A DNA stretch of 64,000 nt from Planctomycetota bacterium (GTDB lineage: Bacteria; Planctomycetota; Phycisphaerae; UBA1845): positions 373 to 64,372 of the forward strand of contig JBBTCX010000101.1 of assembly GCA_038043045.1 (NCBI GenBank), in the 5' to 3' direction. This document shows, in pieces, positions 1-9,182 of this stretch. Below the pieces are notes generated by a model, which was not told the origin of the DNA, searched no databases, and saw only the letters and a list, made by a program, of their open reading frames with translations. The position numbers were made by a program, and so were the translations under genes. How positions within the stretch are numbered: position 1 is the stretch's first letter; every line of letters begins with the position of its first letter.

Positions 1-122
1 GTAGTCCGGGTCCGGTCGAGGCTCGAAAAGTGCCATCGACTTGCACGGACGCTTGAGAGACTCGCTGAATGACGGCTCGCACGGATCGAGGTCCTCACAG
101 GGATTCCGAAAATCGAAAGGAT

Positions 123-1805
123 CTATGGGGTGCATCCCGGTAGGAACGAGCCGTTGCCCGTGAATGCCGCCGCGAAGGCGCGGAAGTCCAATTCGTCCAC
201 GTCGCAATCGTCGTCATAGTCCAACGGCAAACAAGCGGTGGACACGCATGAAGCCGGCCCGGCCATGCAGGTGGAGAACGCCGCGTGATCCGTCAGCGCC
301 ACATGACAGTCGTTGTCACTATCTCCCACGAAAGGCGCCGTCCCACTGTTTTTCATCATGCGGAGTTCGTCGGCCTCCTCGTCAACGAGGGACAAATCGA
401 GGTCGCCGTCGTTGTCGAAGTCCAGCAGCAGCGCGCAAGAGGCCGCGAGGGTCGATGGAATTTGTTGCACGCGGGTGAACGCGCCTAATCCATCGTTAAT
501 GTAGACAGACCAATCGCCGGAGTAACTGGCGGTGATCCAGTCGAGGTCGTTGTCGCCGTCGAGGTCGCCGAAGTCGGTGGCGATGGGGAAGGCCTCTCCT
601 GAATATCGAACCGGGGCGCTCAATTGCCCGGCACCTTCGCCCAAGAGAATGGCGCTTCGATTCTGACCGCTGTTGGCGGCGCTGACGTCCTCGTTCCCGT
701 CGCCGTTGAGGTCGCCGCAAACCAACATCCAGACGGCACCGTCGGCGCTTTGGGTTTCCACGAGGGTGAAGGTGGCATCGCCGTTGCCCTGAAGCACGGA
801 AATGAGAGTTGCCGCTCGAAGCCCGACGACCAAATCCAGAATGCCATCATTTGTCATATCGGCGGCGGCGAGGGCCCATTCCCCCGATCCACCGCCTTCG
901 AAAAATGTCGCCGGTCCGAAAACGCCGGACCCGTTGTTCAGAAGCAACGAGAGATTGTTGGCCCCGAAATTGGTGTTGACGATGTCCATATCGCCGTCGC
1001 CGTCGACATCGAGCACGGCAATTCCTCGCGGGAAGGATCCGACGGTGACTTCCTGTTGAGCCGCAAACGTTCCATCGCCCACGCCCAGAAGAATGGAAAC
1101 CGTCGCGGTGTTGATGTTGGCCACGCAAATATCGACGATGCCGTCGCGGTTGAAGTCGGTAGGTTCCGACGGGCTTGCTCGGTTGTTGACTGGAAACGTC
1201 GGTTGGGTAAAAGGAAAGTAATCGCCCGTTCGGTCGGCTTTGTTGAGGAATACGCGAAGGTCGGCGGTGTCTTCATTGACAATGGTCACGTCGAGAAAGC
1301 CATCGCCGTTTACGTCTGATGCGATTCCGCCGTAGGCCCGACTGGATTCAGTGGGGATCGTTCGGGTGGTCAAAACCTCGTTCAACGTGAACAATCGGGG
1401 CGACAAGCGGGCGTTGGTCCAAAATTGAAAGGAATATCCGCCGGGACGCAGGGTGAGCAATTTCGGCGTGGAAATACCATGAGACAATGAAACCATGACG
1501 CTTTCGCCATGAGAAAACGGCTTGGACGGGTTCAGGGTAATAGTTTTATCGTCGTCGGAGAAACTGATTGTTCCCGTCACCGACCCGCTCCACTTTCCAA
1601 AGACATTCAAAGATTGGCCTAGTTGCACGGAAGACAGCAAGACGGGCGCGCTAAATTTAATTACAATGGCCGAGTCCACCGGTACGCCCACCGTATGCGC
1701 GGCTGGGCTGACGGAAAGAACCAAGAGTTCGCCGCCCCTAGCGTGATTCGGAAAGGCCATCCATGCCATTTCAACGACGATAATCAGGAACGTGAATATT
1801 TTCAT
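123..1805 (-). CDS. secreted FG-GAP/VCBS (integrin-alpha-like) repeat protein with C-terminal dockerin/EF-hand-like module
   Basis: ORF 123..1865. At least seven Ca-binding repeat cores of the DxNxDGxxD type (DVNGDGFLD, DFNRDGIVD, DVDGDGDMD, DMTNDGILD, DLNGDGNED, DLDGDNDLD, DFDNDGDLD). The likely start is the hydrophobic signal MKIFTFLIIVVEMAW at 1805. The C-terminus is DCDVDELDFRAFAAAFTGN...GCTP. Confidence 0.75.
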   Translation of the reverse strand: MKIFTFLIIVVEMAWMAFPNHARGGELLVLSVSPAAHTVGVPVDSAIVIKFSAPVLLSSVQLGQSLNVFGKWSGSVTGTISFSDDDKTITLNPSKPFSHGESVMVSLSHGISTPKLLTLRPGGYSFQFWTNARLSPRLFTLNEVLTTRTIPTESSRAYGGIASDVNGDGFLDVTIVNEDTADLRVFLNKADRTGDYFPFTQPTFPVNNRASPSEPTDFNRDGIVDICVANINTATVSILLGVGDGTFAAQQEVTVGSFPRGIAVLDVDGDGDMDIVNTNFGANNLSLLLNNGSGVFGPATFFEGGGSGEWALAAADMTNDGILDLVVGLRAATLISVLQGNGDATFTLVETQSADGAVWMLVCGDLNGDGNEDVSAANSGQNRSAILLGEGAGQLSAPVRYSGEAFPIATDFGDLDGDNDLDWITASYSGDWSVYINDGLGAFTRVQQIPSTLAASCALLLDFDNDGDLDLSLVDEEADELRMMKNSGTAPFVGDSDNDCHVALTDHAAFSTCMAGPASCVSTACLPLDYDDDCDVDELDFRAFAAAFTGNGSFLPGCTP

Positions 1806-1934
1806 CAATGATAACCCCTGGCCCTGGCTAGGAGCTATTATGTGTAAAATACCGCTCCGCCGCAACTGCTCCGCCCTGATCGATTCGCTCCGGTATTCGC
1901 GTAGGTGCGAATACCCCGGGTCGGAACCCGTTCA

Positions 1935-2618
1935 TCAGATGATTTCGAGCAGTTGCGACAGGGAGTGAATCGTATGGTCGGCCTTGGCTTGGCCGATGTC
2001 GTGGATTCGTTCCGAGCGGCAAAGCCAAGCAGTGGTGATGCCGAGTTTGGCGGCGCCCGAGACATCGCTGTGCAATGAATCCCCGACGTGGATCACGCGT
2101 TTGGGGTCGACGTCCATTATTTGGGCGGCATTGCGGAAAATTTCCGGTCTAGGTTTGTAGCAACGGGTTGATTCGGAGGTGGTGATGGCGTGGAAGGTAA
2201 GGCCGTGGGTGTTGATCGCATTGTGAAGAGCCGCAGTGTCAGCGTTTGACACGCAACAGGTGGGCAGATCGAGTTTCGCTAGGGTCTCTTGCACGTCGTC
2301 GTGAAGTCCCGGATTTCGCCAGTAGGTTTCCAATATTTCGACAAAGGGGGCGGGGTCGAATTCCCCGACGGTGGGGCCGATCGTTTCCTTGAGACTTTCG
2401 CATTCGCATTGGTAAAGCGTCTTGAACGAATCGTGATTGCTTCGTTCGATGGTGGCGAAGAATCGCTCGCCCCATTGAACGGCCAGTTCATCCACGGTAG
2501 AAGGAAGTCGAAAGGTGTCTACGACTTTCTCGCAGGCATCGTGGACGGCCTGTCGATCGCCGGCGGAGAGAGTGCCGTAAAAGTCGAGAAACACCGCGTC
2601 AAAGGGTCGCTTGGACAT
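1935..2618 (-). CDS. HAD-IA superfamily hydrolase (DxYGTL motif-I variant as in type II haloacid dehalogenase-like enzymes)
   Basis: 227 aa. Motif I is AVFLDFYGTLS, with the second Asp replaced by Tyr. Motif IV is HVGDSLHSDVSGA. Confidence 0.7.
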   Translation of the reverse strand: MSKRPFDAVFLDFYGTLSAGDRQAVHDACEKVVDTFRLPSTVDELAVQWGERFFATIERSNHDSFKTLYQCECESLKETIGPTVGEFDPAPFVEILETYWRNPGLHDDVQETLAKLDLPTCCVSNADTAALHNAINTHGLTFHAITTSESTRCYKPRPEIFRNAAQIMDVDPKRVIHVGDSLHSDVSGAAKLGITTAWLCRSERIHDIGQAKADHTIHSLSQLLEII

Positions 2619-2684
2619 GGGGAAGAGTATAGCGATTCCCGGGGTCCCGTCACTCCCGACACCTTGCCACTCATGGAATCCACT

Positions 2685-3578
2685 TCACGCCATCCGGCCT
2701 TGACGCCGATTCACCTTGGCCAAGGTCAACAAGCTCAACGCGAGAATAATGAGACCCCACGTCGAAACCGTGGGGATCAATAGAGAGCAATCTGGAACGG
2801 CATCATAGTTAATGTCGACACAATCGTCCAAACCTGGGCACTGATCACACACATCGCCGACGGTGTCACCGTCCGAGTCGAACTGGTTTGAATTGGCCGC
2901 AGCTGGACAGTTGTCGATGGAATCACAAACACCGTCGAAGTCCGAATCATCGGGATTGTCATCCGGGCAGGGATCACAGGTATCCCCAACTCCGTCGCCG
3001 TCGAGGTCGGACACGATGATCGTTGCTGTGACACCTGTAAGCGGAAGGTATGAGCCGAAGGGGCCGCCGAATCGTGTGCCGTCCGTTGGCAGCGGAGGAG
3101 AACTGAAGTTCTCAATACCACCTTGGAACTCGCCGATGGCGCAATCTGAAGCGACGTATCGAATCGTACCCACGTATCGCTCATCGTTTGCAGGAATAAC
3201 GGCAGTTGGTTTAATGATGGATGCGCCAACACGAATCGTACAAAGAGTTTCGTTCGTGGTTACACCCGTTGGATTAAAAAGGAAAAGGGGATATGTACCG
3301 TCCCGACTACCGGCTGTACTGTAGAAAAGGTCCACAGCCATAAGATTTCCACCCGATGGGCTTGCGGACAAAAGAAGGCAAGGGAAATCAAGCTGATAAC
3401 CGAACACCTCCGTGGACTGCGTGCTTACAAAGAAGCACTCCAATTCCGTTTCGCCTCCGCCCTGAATGACCGAACCGGGCCATGGACGACATTCAACGGT
3501 ATTCGATCCGGTCACACCATTCGCGATGATCCCAATCAGCGCGCAAACAAGAGTGAACTCCGAAGCTCCTCTGTTCAT
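2685..3578 (-). CDS. secreted protein with thrombospondin type-3-like Asp repeats and an IPTL-CTERM-like C-terminal sorting tail
   Basis: ORF 2685..3626. The start at 3578 (MNRGASEFTLVCALIG) is preceded by an AAGGAG RBS. The TSP3-like stretch is DLDGDGVGDTCDPCPDDNPDDSDFDGVCDSIDNCP...DSDGDTVGDVCDQCP. The C-terminus is IPTVSTWGLIILALSLLTLAKVNRRQ, i.e. motif, TM helix and basic cluster. Confidence 0.75.
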   Translation of the reverse strand: MNRGASEFTLVCALIGIIANGVTGSNTVECRPWPGSVIQGGGETELECFFVSTQSTEVFGYQLDFPCLLLSASPSGGNLMAVDLFYSTAGSRDGTYPLFLFNPTGVTTNETLCTIRVGASIIKPTAVIPANDERYVGTIRYVASDCAIGEFQGGIENFSSPPLPTDGTRFGGPFGSYLPLTGVTATIIVSDLDGDGVGDTCDPCPDDNPDDSDFDGVCDSIDNCPAAANSNQFDSDGDTVGDVCDQCPGLDDCVDINYDAVPDCSLLIPTVSTWGLIILALSLLTLAKVNRRQGRMA

Positions 3579-4103
3579 TTCCGTTCTCCTTCCACATTCC
3601 GCTTGGGCTGTATTGGGCCGGTTCACGGGGTTTCAACCGTGACCGTTGCCAAGCCGCCGCTTTCCCAAACAATGGGCGCACCATCCGGATCGCGCAAAAG
3701 GGTTTCATTGGGTCGTAGAAAGATCGTGAAAGTTCCGCTGGCATCTTGCCACACGCGAAATCATCTCCCCACGCCAAACGAACCAACGCAATCGTAAAAA
3801 CCGTTCGGCCACGACTCAAACAATAAGAAGCCCCGCCCCGCTCCCTCCTACGGCGGACTGACCGCCCGCCACTTGACTCCAATAGTAGACCAGTTTTGGG
3901 TAAAAATGTTAACTTAAAAACCCGCCCGGCCAGCTTCGAGGCCGCCCAATTCGTCAAGGGCCCTTCGCCTGTTTATTGAAAAACTCCCTCTGGCGGGCTG
4001 GAAAAGGTGGTGCTAAGCTCCGCTGGCGTAGACTCGCTCGTGGCGAATCGACGAGTTGCCGGCAATTGCTGAATTTCGAAAAAAGAGTTTGCGGAGGTCA
4101 CCG

Positions 4104-4490
4104 ATGAAGGCACCAATCGATCGAAAATATTCCGAGACCCACGAATGGTTTCTATTGGATGACAAGACGGTTACGGTCGGGATTACCCAACATGCGGCCG
4201 ATGAGCTGACGGATATTACCTTCGTCGAGCTTCCGGAGATTGGCAAGTCCATCACTGTCGGCGATGTGATTGGAGAGGTGGAGTCTGTGAAAGCGACTTC
4301 GGAAATATTTTCCGCGGTCACCGGAAAAATTGTCGAGGTCAACACTACGCTTGCCGATCATCCCGAGTTGGTGAATGAAGACGCCTTTGAAGAGGGGTGG
4401 ATGGTTCGAATCAAGATAGATTCCACCGAACAACTCAATTCGTTGATGGACCCGAAAGAATATATGACTTTCGTTCGGAATATCAGTTGA
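4104..4490 (+). CDS. gcvH: glycine cleavage system H protein (lipoyl carrier)
   Basis: ORF 4056..4490. An ATG at 4104 sits behind a GGAGG RBS. The lipoyl-lysine motif GEVESVKATSE is present, with full-length GcvH-like sequence (YSETHEW...GITQHAADELTDITFVELPE). Confidence 0.9.
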   Translation: MKAPIDRKYSETHEWFLLDDKTVTVGITQHAADELTDITFVELPEIGKSITVGDVIGEVESVKATSEIFSAVTGKIVEVNTTLADHPELVNEDAFEEGWMVRIKIDSTEQLNSLMDPKEYMTFVRNIS

Positions 4491-4585
4491 GGCGCCACAA
4501 TAGTCCGATAACTGCTCTAGTCAATTAAGCTTAGTTGGAACCGATAACTTCCGATTCGTAGTTGAAATGGGGTTCGACTACGCGC

Positions 4586-6031
4586 ATGAAGTCTAGGTTT
4601 GCTCGACATATTGTTTTTCCGTTGCACGAGTGGCTTCTGGGTCGCGCCACACGAGTAATGAATCAGGAGTTGGACGATTCACAGTGGTGGTCGCCTGACG
4701 ACTTGCGAAATCTCCAACAGGTCAAACTCCGGGCTCTGTTGCAGCACGCTTGGGGCCACATTCCGCATTACACGAAAAAATTCCGAGACGCCGGAGTCGC
4801 GACAAAGAGAATTTTTTCTGGCGGCGAGAGTTCCCTTGAACTTCTTTCCAATCTCCCCTTGCTCGAAAAATCCGACATTCGAGGCGGTATCGAAGAAATG
4901 ACTTGGAAGAATACGCCCGGTAGGATCTTTCCACAAAGCACCGGGGGGTCGAGTGGGGAACCGGTCCAGTTTTTTGTTGACCGCCGACGGCAAGCGTGCG
5001 ACCAAGCCGCCCGAATTCGAGCCCATCGTTGGTTCGGAGTGCAGCTCGGTGACCCTGAACTTTTCTTGTGGGGTTCACCCATCGAACAAACGCGAACTGA
5101 CCGTTGGAAGCGACTTCGTGACGGACTGTATCGTCACCAATTATTGAATGCCTTCGACATGTCTCCTCAATCGATGGATTCGTATTGGGATGCATGGGAT
5201 CGATTTCGGCCTGTCGCCCTGTATGGCTATCCCAGCAGCATCGCTCTGTGGGTGGAACACGCGCGGCGGCGCCAGCGCCCCATGCGCAACAACCGGCTTC
5301 GAGCGGTGTTCGTTACCGGCGAGACCTGTCACCCCCATCAATACGAGATCATCCGAAATTATTTCAACGTTTCCGTGGTCGATGGCTACGGAAGTCGTGA
5401 CGCCGGATTTATTTCGCATCAATGCCCATCGGGCCACCGGCATGTGACTTCAGAGCACGTGCATGTGGAGATCGTTCGCAACGGTCAACCCGTTTCCGTG
5501 GGGGAAACCGGCGAGATCGTTGTAACCCATCTGGAGGCGTACGCGATGCCGTTCATTCGATACCGCACCGGCGATCGCGGCCGGTTGTTACCGGGTCGGT
5601 GTCCATGCGGACGAGGGTTGCCGTTGATGGACGCGGTTCAAGGGCGAACGACGGACTTTTTGTGCCGTCCCGATGGCACCATCCAGCATGCGCTGTCCAT
5701 TATTTATCCCCTTCGCGAACTTCACGGGGTTCGACAATTTCGCGTAACCCAGCAGGCCGATTGGTCCGTCCATGTGGAATTGGTTCCCGATCGATTTCCG
5801 GCGTCGATCACGGGCGAGACGGTGTTGCGTGCGGTTCGACCGGTGCTCGGTGAGACGGTGAGTGTCCACGTGGAGTTCGTGGAAGCGATCGCGCCATCGG
5901 CGTCGGGGAAGCATCGCTATGTGCAGTCGTTCGTTGCAGGCGAGAAAGGGATGGATGCAACTGAGACGGTGGATCACGAGAACGCTCTTGCCGAAGTGAA
6001 AGAGGGGCAATCGCATGTTAGCCGTCCTTGA
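4586..6031 (+). CDS. CapK / phenylacetate-CoA-ligase-like (coenzyme F390 synthetase family) adenylate-forming enzyme
   Basis: ORF 4562..6031, with an ATG at 4586. The N-terminus HEWLLGR...QWWSPDDLRNLQQVKLRALLQHAWGHIPHYTKKFRDAGV is typical of PaaK/CapK-like proteins. The central STGGSSGEP P-loop-like adenylation motif is present. Confidence 0.7.
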   Translation: MKSRFARHIVFPLHEWLLGRATRVMNQELDDSQWWSPDDLRNLQQVKLRALLQHAWGHIPHYTKKFRDAGVATKRIFSGGESSLELLSNLPLLEKSDIRGGIEEMTWKNTPGRIFPQSTGGSSGEPVQFFVDRRRQACDQAARIRAHRWFGVQLGDPELFLWGSPIEQTRTDRWKRLRDGLYRHQLLNAFDMSPQSMDSYWDAWDRFRPVALYGYPSSIALWVEHARRRQRPMRNNRLRAVFVTGETCHPHQYEIIRNYFNVSVVDGYGSRDAGFISHQCPSGHRHVTSEHVHVEIVRNGQPVSVGETGEIVVTHLEAYAMPFIRYRTGDRGRLLPGRCPCGRGLPLMDAVQGRTTDFLCRPDGTIQHALSIIYPLRELHGVRQFRVTQQADWSVHVELVPDRFPASITGETVLRAVRPVLGETVSVHVEFVEAIAPSASGKHRYVQSFVAGEKGMDATETVDHENALAEVKEGQSHVSRP

Positions 6032-7112
6032 GTCCGCGTGCGCGACGACCGGGATTCGCCATGCTCCATTCGAAGCGGTCACCGTGCGGTCGTTCACGCG
6101 CGACGATGTCGCACGCTGGGATGAGTACGTCTTGCGACATGAGCAGGGCAGTCTGTTCCATGCCGCGGCGTGGCATCATGGCGTGTGCTCGGCGTTTCCG
6201 CACAAACCCCATTACTTCCTGGCCGAGCGCGGTCGTCGTGTCGTCGGCGTGCTTCCGCTGTTTTTGGTGAACAGTTTTTTGGCGGGTCGGATGCTGGTCA
6301 GCGTGCCGTATGGCGTCGGTGGTGGAATTCTGGCGGACGATTCGGTCGTCGCTGGCGAGCTTTACCGCGCTGCCCGTGAGTTGGCCAAGCGAAGAAACTG
6401 TGCCACCCTTGAACTTCGACAAAGGGGATCCGAAATAGCCGATTCCACTTCGTCCACACCCTACGCGTATTTTACGCGAGAATTGCCGGCCCGTGGAGTA
6501 GACGTTCTATCTTGGCTTCCGCGAAAGGCCCGGGCAGCCACTCGACAGGCACGGGATCGATACGAATTACGCATCATTCATGGAGACGAGCACTTGGCTA
6601 CTGTGTGGGACCTCTATTCAAGAAATGTGCGGCGGCTGGCGTCGATCAATTATCCACGGTCGTTCTTCCGCGGACTCCGCGACGCTACTCCCGGCAAGCA
6701 CTGGGTGTCCCTGGTGATGCAAAAAGATCGCCCGGTGGCCGGTGCGATGACTTTCTTGTTCAAGGACCGCGTGATGCCGTACTTTTTCGGAGCGACGGGA
6801 GATGCCAGAGTATGTCATGCGGCGAACTTTTTGTATTGGCAGTTGATGGAGCGTGGCGCCTCCGAAGGATTTCGCGTTTTCGATTTCGGGCGGTCTCGAC
6901 GGGACAACGTCGGTAGTTATGACTTCAAGCGGTTTCACGGATTCGAGCCGAAGCCGTTAAGCTATGTCGTGGACGTGTTGAACGGTGGTCCGCCACCCGA
7001 CCTTTCGCCCGGCGATCGACGATTTCAATGGGCTCGAGCAATTTGGCCTTATTTGCCGCTGGCGCTGACTCGTGGCCTGGGCGGCCGATTGAGTCGGCAT
7101 CTTACCGGATGA
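6015..7112 (+). CDS. FemAB-like / GNAT-fold protein of the type associated with PEP-CTERM exopolysaccharide loci (TIGR03019-like)
   Basis: 365 aa. It overlaps the upstream gene by 17 nt. The pattern LFHAAAW...YFLAERGRRVVGVLPLFLVNSFLAGRMLVSVPYGVGGG and the C-terminal FDFGRS...GSYDFKRFHGFEP match my recollection of this family. Confidence 0.6.
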   Translation: MLAVLESACATTGIRHAPFEAVTVRSFTRDDVARWDEYVLRHEQGSLFHAAAWHHGVCSAFPHKPHYFLAERGRRVVGVLPLFLVNSFLAGRMLVSVPYGVGGGILADDSVVAGELYRAARELAKRRNCATLELRQRGSEIADSTSSTPYAYFTRELPARGVDVLSWLPRKARAATRQARDRYELRIIHGDEHLATVWDLYSRNVRRLASINYPRSFFRGLRDATPGKHWVSLVMQKDRPVAGAMTFLFKDRVMPYFFGATGDARVCHAANFLYWQLMERGASEGFRVFDFGRSRRDNVGSYDFKRFHGFEPKPLSYVVDVLNGGPPPDLSPGDRRFQWARAIWPYLPLALTRGLGGRLSRHLTG

Positions 7113-7116
7113 GTCG

Positions 7117-8445
7117 ATGAGAATTCTCTACTTAGCCCATCGCATTCCGTATCCGCCGAACAAGGGGGACAAGCTGCGCGCGTTTCGACACATCGAGCAT
7201 TTGGCCAAGGACCATGAGGTTTGGTGCGCCTGTTTCATCGATGATCCTGATGACGCGAAATATGTCAAACCTCTGTCCGAACATTGTCGAGAACTAGCCG
7301 CGATTCCTTTGAATCGGCGTCGCGCCACCCTGCGAGGGCTGCTGGGACTGGCCACGGGTTCGACAATCACCGAGTCGTTCTATTCGGATCGACAAATGAA
7401 ACAGACCCTCGAGCGATGGTGCCAGAGTGTGGCGTTTGACGTGGTGTTAGCTTTCTCATCGAGCATGGCCCCTTACGGATTTCGAGTTTCGGCCGCACGT
7501 CGCGTTCTTGATCTTTGTGACGTCGACAGTCGAAAATGGATGGAGTATGGGCGAACTTCGTCGCGACCGGTCCGGTGGCTGTATTCGTTGGAGGGTCGAC
7601 GTCTTGCCATGCGCGAGCACGCTTGGTGTGAATCTTATGATGCCACGTTGGTGGTCACGAAGCAGGAAGCTCTGCTCTTGGATGAAACTTTTTCGAATTC
7701 CACGCCCACCCCAACCGGACGAATACACGTGGTTGGAAACGGAGTCTCGCTACCGGAAATCAAGAGGGATGCGGAATTCAAGCGATCGGGAGTTCCGACC
7801 GTGGGTTTCGTCGGTGCGATGAACTATCGACCGAACGTGGATGCGGTGTGTTGGTTTGTCGAGTATTGCTGGCCGGAGATCCTTGAGGTGATTCCCAACG
7901 CCGCATTCAAAATCGTTGGTCACGCCCCGACAAGAAAAGTCCGAGCGCTGGGCCGACGCTTGGCCGTTCAAGTGGTCGGGCCGGTGAAGGACATCGTTTC
8001 CGAGATTCAAAGTTTTGATGTGAGCGTTGCGCCATTACGGATGGTCTTCGGAATTCCGAATAAAGTTTTGGAGTCTCTGTCCGCCGGATGTCCGGTGGTG
8101 ACCACCTCCGCAGCTGCAAGTCGGATCGGTCTTCAGCACGCGGTACATTGTTACATTGCCGATGCGCCGAAGTCGTTTTCCGAAAAAGTTGTGCAGTTGC
8201 TCCAAGATGGTCAACAAAGAAGCCAAATCGGGTTGGCAGGGAGGGCGCTTGTTTCGCGGACCTACCAATGGGTGGATCAGCTTAGATGTTTAGAGTGGGC
8301 ACTGGAAGGAAACCAAACAAGCACACCGCTGAAAGAAAGTGGGTTGGTCGATTCGAGTGAAGGCGAAACTGGGGTTGTCCCCCTTGAATCGGGAAACAAC
8401 ATCGGAACGCCGTCCTCGAGAAGCGCTGTCGCAAATGTTTCGTAG
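7117..8445 (+). CDS. GT4-type glycosyltransferase, PEP-CTERM/EpsH1-system-associated sugar transferase-like (TIGR03087-like)
   Basis: 442 aa. The N-terminus MRILYLAHRIPYPPNKGDKLRAFRHIEHLAKDHEV is characteristic of this subfamily. The C-terminal half is GT-B-like (VGFVGAMNYRPNVDAV...GIPNKVLESLSAGCPVV). Confidence 0.7.
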   Translation: MRILYLAHRIPYPPNKGDKLRAFRHIEHLAKDHEVWCACFIDDPDDAKYVKPLSEHCRELAAIPLNRRRATLRGLLGLATGSTITESFYSDRQMKQTLERWCQSVAFDVVLAFSSSMAPYGFRVSAARRVLDLCDVDSRKWMEYGRTSSRPVRWLYSLEGRRLAMREHAWCESYDATLVVTKQEALLLDETFSNSTPTPTGRIHVVGNGVSLPEIKRDAEFKRSGVPTVGFVGAMNYRPNVDAVCWFVEYCWPEILEVIPNAAFKIVGHAPTRKVRALGRRLAVQVVGPVKDIVSEIQSFDVSVAPLRMVFGIPNKVLESLSAGCPVVTTSAAASRIGLQHAVHCYIADAPKSFSEKVVQLLQDGQQRSQIGLAGRALVSRTYQWVDQLRCLEWALEGNQTSTPLKESGLVDSSEGETGVVPLESGNNIGTPSSRSAVANVS

Positions 8446-8609
8446 CTGGGGAACCAAATTCAGTGGAGTGCGTCAAAACCGTATGAATGGATTGTCCGAA
8501 AGGTTGTGCGGAGAATAGCCTTGACGCAACCTTCAAAATGGTCAATAATTGATTGGAAATGTGACGACGATGTGGCCGGTTAAGCCCGGTCGATGTGGAG
8601 TTTACCAAC

Positions 8610-8948
8610 ATGGACGAAGCAAAAAAGCAAAAAGTGATGATTGGAATTCTCGCGGCAGCCGCCCTCGGGTTTGGCTCCTATTATTTCGTATTGCGAGATT
8701 CTGGTACGACAGCAGCGAACACAACTGCAGCTGCGTCGACCCGGAAGGCGAGCGAAAAGTCCGCCAGCGATAACAAGGGCGCTTCTACAAGGGATCAACG
8801 ACCCAAGGACGAAGCGGAAAGTGAAGAGCGGGCGGGGTCAACAAGGCAGGAACGGGAAGATAGCGACGATGATCAAGGCTCGAAACGCGGAACAGATCGC
8901 CGAGAAAAGGCGAAAGCGAAAACGAAAAAAATAGGACCAGCCGCCTAA
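8610..8948 (+). CDS. small single-pass membrane protein with highly charged disordered tail (hypothetical)
   Basis: ORF 8595..8948, with an ATG at 8610. It has a TM helix VMIGILAAAALGFGSYYFVL followed by a K/E/R/D-rich tail. A terminator follows. Confidence 0.4.
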   Translation: MDEAKKQKVMIGILAAAALGFGSYYFVLRDSGTTAANTTAAASTRKASEKSASDNKGASTRDQRPKDEAESEERAGSTRQEREDSDDDQGSKRGTDRREKAKAKTKKIGPAA

Positions 8949-8982
8949 GCGGTCTGTCGGTTTTGAGTTTACAATAGTAAGT

Positions 8983-9020
8983 GCGGGTTTGCGCCTTAAC
9001 GCGTAAAGCCCGCTTTTTTA
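8983..9020 (+). terminator. rho-independent terminator candidate
   Basis: GC-rich hairpin gcgggttt...aaagcccgc (8983..9013) followed by TTTTTT (9014..9019). Confidence 0.5.
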
Positions 9021-9182
9021 TTAAAAAGCTCCGTTGAGGGTTGGAGTAGCCACTTCCATCATTTTGTTTTTGTAGGCAACCGTCGGTTTTGGGTAGGATG
9101 ATTTGAAATAGGACTATGAGGACCCTATATACAAATGGATGATCCAAATGTGACCCAAACGAGGAATTGAATAGGGTACGTT

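Noticed and set aside
1-36. Possible minus-strand start (MALFEPRPDPDY...) running off the left edge.
   Set aside because: Only 12 codons are visible, so there is no basis for a call.
3623-3754. Short minus-strand frame in the 477-bp spacer upstream of gcvH, encoding ...WQDASGTFTIFLRPNETLLRDPDGAPIVWESGGLATVTVETP.
   Set aside because: The peptide looks protein-like. However, the frame is closed by a TGA just upstream (3761..3763), leaving at most ~43 codons from a GTG with no RBS. It could be a gene remnant but cannot be supported.
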